A stretch of 64,000 nucleotides of DNA from an uncultured Pseudomonadota bacterium (GTDB taxonomy: Bacteria > Pseudomonadota > Alphaproteobacteria > RF32 > CAG-239). The stretch spans positions 2,449 to 66,448 of the forward strand of contig CAMRWU010000009.1 in assembly GCA_947054505.1 (NCBI GenBank). Direction: 5' to 3'. Below, piece after piece: positions 8,855 through 16,131 of the stretch. Both the position numbers and the translations under genes were made by a program. Numbering within the stretch: position 1 is the stretch's first letter; each line of letters begins with the position of its first letter. The notes beneath the pieces were generated by a model. That model had not been told where the DNA came from. It did not search any database and saw only the letters and a program-made list of their open reading frames with translations.

Positions 8855-10753
8855 ATGAAAAAAATCTTGGCATCTCTTTTAATCGGTGCTGTTTTAACGG
8901 CATCTTGCTCAACAGGGAGCGATGACTATAACAATCACGCCGTTCCGGCACCGGCATCTTATACGGATTGGGACAGAGCCATCCGCGTGGATGTTGATAT
9001 GCAAACAATGTATGCGTCGTCTGCACGCAAAATCGAAAAGCCTATCGATATGTATATGGCCATGGCTTTGGCGCTCAAATACAATTACACGCGCCGCTTG
9101 GTCAGTTATCAGCAAAGTCTGATTGAAGTCGGGCGGTCTCCGGCTAACCGTTTGCCGGAAATATTCTCTTCCGCCGGTTATGTTAATACCGATAATCACA
9201 CGGCGATGGATAGCGAACTGAAACTGGCTTGGAATATTTTGGATGTCGGAACGGTTTATTATCAAACGCAAGACCCGCAGTATAAAGCCGGTGTCGCTTT
9301 TGAACAAAGTCGCAAGGTTATTCATAACCTGTTGCAAGAAACCCGCGTTTTGTATTGGAAAGCCTTAACCGCTCAGAAGATTTTGCCGACGGTTGATGAG
9401 ATGATTGAATATATGACTTTGGAGGTTGATGAAATCAATTCCCGTTCACAGGAATTGGCTCAGGCCGGAAGAAGTCTGACAATGCCTGATTTGATAAAGA
9501 AAAGAAAATATATGGAGGCTGTCAAAAAATTATCTTCTTTGAAACGTGATATGGAAACATCGGAAGTTCGTTTGGCCAGTTTAATGGGGTTCCATCCGTC
9601 AACGGAATATCGCTTGGTGGGTAAGGAATACGGAAATTTTGAGCTTCCCGAGATTAAAAGCTCTTTGAGTGAAATGGAATGGATTGCTCTAACCAATCGT
9701 CCTGAATTGCGGGTGCGGGATATGGTTACCAATGTTGAGGAAATCAAAACATCGTTCCGTGAATTCAAAGACCCCGGCGAGGCTAAGTATAAAAACGATC
9801 CCGCTTATTATAATCGCAAATGGGCAAAACGGGCAAAACAAATTGGTATGAGCGCTTTTGAAAATATCGGCAATCCGAGCGAGAGCGAGTTGGAGAATCT
9901 GCGCCGCCAAAGAATGACAACATTGGTGCTGACACAGGTTTATGTCTCTTGGGCACGATATATGTCTGCTGTTGAGGACTATCAGATCAGTCATGAGCTG
10001 GCAAATGTTTCCGAAGATATTGCCGAAGACACGACAATGCAAGATGGTAGCCGTGCGGAACAGAGTCAGCTGGAATCCTCGCGTGCGATAGAGGATGAGG
10101 TTAAGGCAATGTTGGCTTATGTTGATGTTCAGGATGCCTTGGGAAATCTGTACTCAGCAATGGGAATGGATGCGATTCCTTATTATATGCTGAACGAAAA
10201 ACCATCTAAAATTGCTGTTTATCTGCGTGGCGTGTTGGAAAAATGGCGTAAGGGTGAATTTTTGCCGGACAATCGTCCGTATCTGTTGGATGTTCCTGTC
10301 AAACGTCCGCCGGTTAACCTTTCATCGCAAAAATTGATGCCGGATGTTGAGGTTGAAAGCGGTCAGCAAATAAGTATCCAAATTCCGCAAGAAGTCTTCA
10401 ACAAGATGGATTTTAACGGTAAGGTTATCGTGAAAGCCGGTTTGATTGATGACAGTCCGTTGCCGGATTGGCTCAACTTTGATGAAGCGAGCAGAACGTT
10501 CACCGGAACGGCAATGCCGGGGAATGTCGGTTCCTATAACGTCAAAGTCTATATTGCTGATGAAACCGGAGCGACAGGATATCTCACCTTTAAGATTCTG
10601 ATTAAAGATGTTTATGTTCCGTCGATTCGTGTCACCGGTTTGACACCGGGGCGCAAAGCTACGGTTCTCAAGCGTTGTGTCGGACCGCAGTGTACGGATG
10701 AATACATCGAATCCACTGTTTTGGGTGATGATGTTATCAAGCGTCCGAATTAA
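8855..10753 (+). CDS. TolC-like outer membrane lipoprotein with C-terminal putative Ig / cadherin-like (He_PIG/CADG) domain
   Basis: Lipobox LTASC; PIDMYMAMALALKYN, LAWNILDVG, YWKALTAQ and ALTNRPELR resemble outer membrane efflux proteins; PLPDWLNFDEASRTFTGT...VGSYNVKVYIADETG is a typical He_PIG/CADG repeat. Confidence 0.75.
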   Translation: MKKILASLLIGAVLTASCSTGSDDYNNHAVPAPASYTDWDRAIRVDVDMQTMYASSARKIEKPIDMYMAMALALKYNYTRRLVSYQQSLIEVGRSPANRLPEIFSSAGYVNTDNHTAMDSELKLAWNILDVGTVYYQTQDPQYKAGVAFEQSRKVIHNLLQETRVLYWKALTAQKILPTVDEMIEYMTLEVDEINSRSQELAQAGRSLTMPDLIKKRKYMEAVKKLSSLKRDMETSEVRLASLMGFHPSTEYRLVGKEYGNFELPEIKSSLSEMEWIALTNRPELRVRDMVTNVEEIKTSFREFKDPGEAKYKNDPAYYNRKWAKRAKQIGMSAFENIGNPSESELENLRRQRMTTLVLTQVYVSWARYMSAVEDYQISHELANVSEDIAEDTTMQDGSRAEQSQLESSRAIEDEVKAMLAYVDVQDALGNLYSAMGMDAIPYYMLNEKPSKIAVYLRGVLEKWRKGEFLPDNRPYLLDVPVKRPPVNLSSQKLMPDVEVESGQQISIQIPQEVFNKMDFNGKVIVKAGLIDDSPLPDWLNFDEASRTFTGTAMPGNVGSYNVKVYIADETGATGYLTFKILIKDVYVPSIRVTGLTPGRKATVLKRCVGPQCTDEYIESTVLGDDVIKRPN

Positions 10754-10771
10754 GCGCTCGATTCGCAAAAT

Positions 10772-10807
10772 AAAAAAAGGATTTCCGGATTCGGGAATCC
10801 TTTTTTT
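10772..10807 (+). terminator. Intrinsic terminator
   Basis: AAAAAAAGGATTTCCG-GATT-CGGGAATCCTTTTTTT. Confidence 0.85.
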
Positions 10808-11067
10808 GTATGATTTTGGTATTAGACTCCTCGGAGTCTAACACTCAAAAGTGCAGATTCTTCATGCCAAATTTTGGACATATTTTCTGGAATCAAAGTT
10901 CTTAACAAATTTATCTACATGGTAAAAATTTTTTTATGATTGATTTATAAGAGGATAGAGATAAGCCACTTTAAAAGCTCTTTTTTTTATATTGAGAAGC
11001 CCCCTTATTTGTCCCAAAATATAGGGCAAGGTCAGCGCAAGCAAAGATACTTTTTAAAAACTGTGGA

Positions 11068-11114
11068 ATACAATATATGGGATGTTTACATTTTTTTAAT
11101 ACTATATATTGTAC
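11068..11114 (+). promoter_or_regulatory. Tandem NrdR boxes
   Basis: ataCAATATATGGgat (11068-11083) and ataCTATATATTGtac (11099-11114) fit the acaCwAtATaTwGtgt consensus. They lie 31 bp apart, directly upstream of nrdD. Confidence 0.8.
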
Positions 11115-11175
11115 ATATAGTGTCAGAAACGGCAACTGAGAAAAACGCAATAATTTTAAGGAAAGCAAAATAAAA

Positions 11176-13221
11176 ATGTCCAGTTCAGATATCCATAACA
11201 CCGACAAGGTTCACATTGAAAGCGTTACCAAAAGAGACGGAACATTAGCCCCTTTTGACAGCGATAAAATTTTTAATGCAATTAACAAAGCCGGCACCAC
11301 AACCGGTGAGTTTGGTGAAGAAGAAACCTCTTTGCTGACTGCGCAGGTGATGAAGGTATTGAAGCATAAATATGCTGAGAGCCTGCCGTCAATTGAAAAT
11401 ATTCAGGATATCGTTGAGCAAGTTCTCATTTCTTCTAACTATTTTGCCACCGCCAAAGCCTATATCTTGTATCGTGATCAGCGCAATCGCATGCGTTCAG
11501 ACAAGAAAGTTATGGTTGATGTTGAAAGCTCCATTAATGAATACCTCGAAAGATTGGACTGGCGTGTTAATGCCAATGCTAACCAAGGGTACTCCAACGG
11601 TGGTTTGATTTTGAATGTTTCGGGTAAAGTTACTGCCAATTACTGGTTGAGCCATGTTTATCCTGCTAATGTCGGTGAAGCTCACCGCAACGGCGATATT
11701 CATATTCACGACTTGGACATGTTGGCCGCTTATTGCGCCGGTTGGTCTCTGAAAAACCTGTTGCACGAAGGTTTTAACGGCGTCCCTGGTAAAACAGAGG
11801 CTGGTCCGGCGAAACACTTGAGCGCCGCTGTAGGTCAGATGGTTAACTTTATGGGTACTTTGCAAAATGAATGGGCCGGTGCGCAGGCGTTTTCTTCTGT
11901 TGATACTTATCTCGCTCCTTATATCCGCGCTGATAAATTGACTTATGAACAAGTTGAACAGTCTATTCAGGAATTGGTTTACAATTTGAATGTTCCTTCT
12001 CGTTGGGGTTCTCAAACACCGTTTACCAACTTCACATTTGACTGGGTATGTCCGGAAGATTTGCGTGACAAACATCCTTTGATTGCCGGTGTTGAACAAG
12101 ACTTCACCTATGGTGATTTGAAAGAAGAAATGCACATGATTAACAAGGCCTATATGACCGTCATGATGCGTGGTGATATCAAAGGTCGTCCGTTCACCTT
12201 CCCAATCCCGACTTATAATATGACACCTGATTTTCCGTGGGAAGATGACAATACCGAGCTGTTGTTTGAAATGACTGCCAAATACGGTCTGCCTTACTTC
12301 CAAAACTTCATCAACTCCACTTTGAAACCTGGTCAGATTCGTTCTATGTGTTGCCGTTTGCAATTGGATTTGCGTGAGTTGTTGGCTCGAGGTAACGGTT
12401 TGTTCGGTTCTGCAGAACAAACAGGTTCTATCGGTGTTATCACGTTCAACTGTGCTCGTTTGGGTTATGTTTACAAAAACAACGAAGCCGGCTTGTTTGC
12501 CCGTGTTGATGAGTTGATGGACATTGCTCGCACATCTTTGGAAATCAAACGCAAGGTTATTCAAAGATTGATTGACAACGGTTTGTTCCCGTTCACCAAG
12601 CGTTATCTGGGAACTCTGCGTAATCACTTCTCAACCATCGGTGTTAACGGTATTAATGAAATGATTCGCAACTTCACTAATGACGAACATTCCATCTCCG
12701 ACGAATGGGGACAGAGCTTTGCCGTTAAATTCTTGGATTACATCCGCGATAAAATGGTCAAAATTCAAGAAGAAACCGGTCATATGTACAATCTTGAAGC
12801 CACACCAGCAGAAAGTGCTACTTACCGCTTTGCTCGTGAAGATAAAAAACGCTTTAACGACATTATTCAAGCCGGCACAAAAGAAAATCCGTATTACACC
12901 AACTCTTCTCAATTGCCGGTTGGTTATACCGATGATCCGTTTGAGGCTTTGGAACTGCAGTCTACTCTGCAATCCAAATACACCGGCGGTACCGTATTGC
13001 ACCTTTACATGGGACAAAGAATTTCATCAGCGAAAGTTTGCCGCGATATTGTTAAACGTGTTCTGACAAACTACCGCTTGCCGTATGTGACGATTACTCC
13101 GACATTTTCCATCTGTCCAAAGCATGGTTACATTTCCGGAGAGCATCACTTCTGCCCGATCTGTGATGAAGAGAAAAAGGCAGAAAAAAGAGCCGCAGCT
13201 TCCAGAAAAGAAGTTGCATAG
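11176..13221 (+). CDS. nrdD: Class III (anaerobic) ribonucleoside-triphosphate reductase, large part, with N-terminal ATP cone
   Basis: VTKRDG ATP cone; HIHDL, LQNEWAGAQA, FTFPIPT, RSMCCRL, YNLEATPAE, YTGGTVLH and CPKH...CPIC; the RVxGY glycyl-radical loop is absent. Confidence 0.95.
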   Translation: MSSSDIHNTDKVHIESVTKRDGTLAPFDSDKIFNAINKAGTTTGEFGEEETSLLTAQVMKVLKHKYAESLPSIENIQDIVEQVLISSNYFATAKAYILYRDQRNRMRSDKKVMVDVESSINEYLERLDWRVNANANQGYSNGGLILNVSGKVTANYWLSHVYPANVGEAHRNGDIHIHDLDMLAAYCAGWSLKNLLHEGFNGVPGKTEAGPAKHLSAAVGQMVNFMGTLQNEWAGAQAFSSVDTYLAPYIRADKLTYEQVEQSIQELVYNLNVPSRWGSQTPFTNFTFDWVCPEDLRDKHPLIAGVEQDFTYGDLKEEMHMINKAYMTVMMRGDIKGRPFTFPIPTYNMTPDFPWEDDNTELLFEMTAKYGLPYFQNFINSTLKPGQIRSMCCRLQLDLRELLARGNGLFGSAEQTGSIGVITFNCARLGYVYKNNEAGLFARVDELMDIARTSLEIKRKVIQRLIDNGLFPFTKRYLGTLRNHFSTIGVNGINEMIRNFTNDEHSISDEWGQSFAVKFLDYIRDKMVKIQEETGHMYNLEATPAESATYRFAREDKKRFNDIIQAGTKENPYYTNSSQLPVGYTDDPFEALELQSTLQSKYTGGTVLHLYMGQRISSAKVCRDIVKRVLTNYRLPYVTITPTFSICPKHGYISGEHHFCPICDEEKKAEKRAAASRKEVA

Positions 13222-13249
13222 AGTAAAATTAATATTGGAGAAAGAAAAG

Positions 13250-13447
13250 ATGACAACGATCAATTTTGAGGACGTAGTATTAAAAGACGAAGAAAGACAA
13301 CCTTGTGAAGTTTGGACACGCGTTATGGGTTATTTCCGCCCGGTATCTGAATTCAATAAAGGTAAGAAGTCTGAATTTTACTCTCGTAAATGTTTCTGCG
13401 AAAGCAAAGCGGTTGAAATGGATGCTTTGGATATCGCCGCAGAATAA
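13250..13447 (+). CDS. nrdD: NrdD C-terminal glycyl-radical domain as a separate small protein (65 aa)
   Basis: GGAG SD at 13237-13240, ATG 13250; ERQPCEVWTRVMGYFRPVSEFNKGKKSEF carries the radical glycine motif. Confidence 0.88.
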   Translation: MTTINFEDVVLKDEERQPCEVWTRVMGYFRPVSEFNKGKKSEFYSRKCFCESKAVEMDALDIAAE

Positions 13448-13470
13448 GACAAGTCTGCTGTAATAAAATT

Positions 13471-13499
13471 GTTATCCCGAGTCTTAGGCTCGGGATAAC
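13471..13499 (+). other. Strong intra-operon stem-loop between nrdD-C and nrdG
   Basis: GTTATCCCGAG...CTCGGGATAAC with 11-bp perfect arms and no U-tract on the sense strand. Confidence 0.6.
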
Positions 13500-13518
13500 G
13501 CATATTAGGGAAAATAAA

Positions 13519-14220
13519 ATGGGCAATAATATTATCATTGGTGGCGTTGAAACCTTTTCTGTTGTTGATTATCCGGAAAAATTGGCCGCTGTCATTTTTA
13601 TGCAGGGATGTCCGTGGCGTTGCCCGTTTTGCTATAACACGGCTATTCAAAAAATTGGCCATCAAACAGATTTTATCTGGGAAAATTTTTTAGAATTTTT
13701 AAAAGAGCGTCGCGGTCGTTTAGATGCTGTTGTGTTCAGCGGCGGAGAACCTTTGGTTCAAGAAGGGCTTGGCGCCGCGATGGATGAAGTGAGGGCGCTG
13801 GGATATCAAATAGGATTGCATACCGGCGGTTATCGTCCGGAACATTTGCAAAAAGTGATGGATAAAGTTGACTGGGTTGGTTTGGATATTAAAGCACCGT
13901 TGGTTGCCGAACGTTATAAGGAAGTCACCAAGACTAATCATCTGGATAAAGTTTTGCAAAGTTTGGACATCTTGTTACAATCCGGCAAAAATTTTGAGTG
14001 CCGCACAACCTGTGATCCCCGATTGTTAACGGTTGATGATATTTTAACAATGGCAAATACGTTGAAAGAAAAAGGCGTAAAGAAATATTTTCTGCAAAAA
14101 TATCGTCCCGTTCCGGAAGATACAACCACCAGCGATGCCGATTGTTGCAAGTTTTTTACCAATAAAGCTTTGCTGGCACATCTTAAAGAATGTTTCGATG
14201 AGTTTGACACCAGAGAATAA
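13519..14220 (+). CDS. nrdG: Anaerobic RNR activating radical SAM protein
   Basis: DYPEKLAAVIFMQGCPWRCPFCYN (CxxxCxxC), VVFSGGEP, FECRTT; adjacent to nrdD. Confidence 0.93.
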   Translation: MGNNIIIGGVETFSVVDYPEKLAAVIFMQGCPWRCPFCYNTAIQKIGHQTDFIWENFLEFLKERRGRLDAVVFSGGEPLVQEGLGAAMDEVRALGYQIGLHTGGYRPEHLQKVMDKVDWVGLDIKAPLVAERYKEVTKTNHLDKVLQSLDILLQSGKNFECRTTCDPRLLTVDDILTMANTLKEKGVKKYFLQKYRPVPEDTTTSDADCCKFFTNKALLAHLKECFDEFDTRE

Positions 14221-14250
14221 AAAAAAGCCGCTGTTTAAGCGGCTTTTTTT
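14221..14250. terminator. Bidirectional intrinsic terminator
   Basis: AAAAAAGCCGCT...AGCGGCTTTTTTT. Confidence 0.88.
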
Positions 14251-14251
14251 A

Positions 14252-15019
14252 TTAGAAATTGTATCTGACGCCCAAAGAGATTTCTTGTATATCCTCAAAA
14301 AATTCTCCACCGATATCAGCATAGCGATACATTGCACGAAAGGCCAAACGTTTGCTGAGCCAAACTTGCGCGCCGACACCATAACGAAGTGCCGTTTTTG
14401 ATTCATTAATTTTATAATTTGTTGACTTGTATAAGTTATCGTTCCCTGTTGCTTGTCGGTAAGCATTAAAGTTAAGTTCGGCATCAAATTCGTATTTAGA
14501 AACACCGAATGTTCCCAAAAGTTCCAACCATGTTGTCACCGGAATATAACCCAACACATCAATACCATAAGCTTCGTATTTTAAGGTGTATTCTGTTTGA
14601 GCAAAACGAATGTCCTGAGCATAGCTTTCTCGATATTGAACATCGGTGTTTTCCAAAGATTTTTGATAAAAAGCTTCAAATCCCAGATACCGGAACGGAC
14701 GAAAACCGATATTGCCGTTCAAAGAATCAACTCTGTCATCAAAACGACTGGTGTTGGTTTCAAAAGGATCTCCACCCAATAAGGGGTTATCCAAAGAAAT
14801 CGGTTTATCGGCAATACCCGCAGAACCAAAAATATAATCAAATCCGATGCTAAAGTGTTTCAAATCGTCACTTTTAGCTTTTGGGGTTGGTTGCGAACCA
14901 TAATTGGAATAGTTATAGCTCATGTTTGATGGGTAATTTGGATTATACGACTGGGCGGTAGCCATGTTCCATGTCACAGAGCTTAATAAAGCTGTTGTTA
15001 AAAATATTTTTTTCATCAT
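14252..15019 (-). CDS. Outer membrane beta-barrel protein (OmpA-like transmembrane domain)
   Basis: Signal peptide; amphipathic strands (YLGFEAFY, YGIDVLGYIP, YGVGAQ, FRAMYRY); C-terminal GVRYNF BAM signal. Confidence 0.85.
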   Translation of the reverse strand: MMKKIFLTTALLSSVTWNMATAQSYNPNYPSNMSYNYSNYGSQPTPKAKSDDLKHFSIGFDYIFGSAGIADKPISLDNPLLGGDPFETNTSRFDDRVDSLNGNIGFRPFRYLGFEAFYQKSLENTDVQYRESYAQDIRFAQTEYTLKYEAYGIDVLGYIPVTTWLELLGTFGVSKYEFDAELNFNAYRQATGNDNLYKSTNYKINESKTALRYGVGAQVWLSKRLAFRAMYRYADIGGEFFEDIQEISLGVRYNF

Positions 15020-15037
15020 TAAAAACCTTTCTGTAAA

Positions 15038-15919
15038 CTAGAACAAAAATCTAACACCGATTGAAAATTCTTTCATATCGTCAACGAGATCGCCACCAAG
15101 AGAGATGTAACGATACATGGCGCGCAGAGCAACACCTTCGGCAATATTCATTTGTGCACCGGCCGCAACACGCCAACCGATTTTATCTTCGTCAAAATTC
15201 TGACCAATAACATCAACTAACTGAGTCCCGTCAATATTGTAGACGGAAAAACGAGTGGAGTTTTCGAATTTATATTGAGCCACACCGAGTGACCCCAAAA
15301 TATCAAAGAATGACGACAGGGGAATATAACCAATGAAATCAACACCAAAAGCGCGATATGATGTCAAATAATCATTCATCATGTAGTAATCGACATTGTT
15401 GATGGTGTTGTTATCAATCTGAGTTGTGTTGTTATCTTCATATGTTGTTTCGTAAAAGGCTTCCAACCCCCAATATTTGCTGACGCGCGCTCCCAAAACA
15501 AAAGACAAGTTGTCCTGATCATCAATAATGCTGTCAGAATTAATATGGATGGGGGATTGAGCAAAATGGATATCATCAAATGTCAGGTTGGACGATGCGG
15601 AAGATTGTTTGGCAATATTGTAATCAAAGCCGACATAGTATTTGAAATAATTGAGCTTGCGCAGTTGATTGTTCGCCGCCCGTTTAATGTCACGAATATC
15701 TTCGTCAAATCCTTTTTTGTATCCGGAATAGAGCTTGTTGCAGGGGCACATAACTGTTTTTCCCATAACTACGGAACCGTTTTCGTCAAAAGGTTCTTCC
15801 GGATTACACGGACACCATTCAATATTGTACAAACTTCCGTAAGTTGGAAAATCAGAGGCCATAGCTGGTGCGATGTCGAGAAAAACAGCGGCTCCTAATA
15901 GTGCGATAACTTTTTTCAT
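15038..15919 (-). CDS. Outer membrane beta-barrel protein (paralog) with Cys-containing N-terminal extension
   Basis: Same strand motifs, ends GVRFLF; two CPCN motifs precede the barrel. Confidence 0.85.
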   Translation of the reverse strand: MKKVIALLGAAVFLDIAPAMASDFPTYGSLYNIEWCPCNPEEPFDENGSVVMGKTVMCPCNKLYSGYKKGFDEDIRDIKRAANNQLRKLNYFKYYVGFDYNIAKQSSASSNLTFDDIHFAQSPIHINSDSIIDDQDNLSFVLGARVSKYWGLEAFYETTYEDNNTTQIDNNTINNVDYYMMNDYLTSYRAFGVDFIGYIPLSSFFDILGSLGVAQYKFENSTRFSVYNIDGTQLVDVIGQNFDEDKIGWRVAAGAQMNIAEGVALRAMYRYISLGGDLVDDMKEFSIGVRFLF

Positions 15920-16067
15920 TTAGTTTTCCTTAGTAAAAATATTGTTTAAATAATAGCTGAGCGAACAGATTTGTTCAATTAGTCCAACGGCCTTATGCAC
16001 ATAATTTTTATATGGAAAATATGTTTGTTACGTTTTTGTTAATTTGACAAAAAAATAGCATTATTAA

Positions 16068-16096
16068 TTGATTATTAGGGGAAAATCCGCTATAAT
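16068..16096 (+). promoter_or_regulatory. Sigma70 promoter
   Basis: TTGATT-17 nt-TATAAT, 35 nt upstream of ATG 16132. Confidence 0.7.
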
Positions 16097-16131
16097 CGAA
16101 ACAAGATGAACAATTATAAGGGTGGCGTGTT

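Noticed and set aside
7155-10753. Conjugative element or prophage around the virB8 genes
   Set aside because: No relaxase, coupling protein, integrase, att repeats or phage genes; flanked by ordinary chromosomal genes and terminators.
11497-12627. 376-aa antisense ORF inside nrdD (likewise 44153-45196 opposite accA, 56948-57697 opposite glgB, 38012-38746 opposite clpB)
   Set aside because: Antisense shadows of conserved genes with biased codon usage; no motifs and no independent expression signals.
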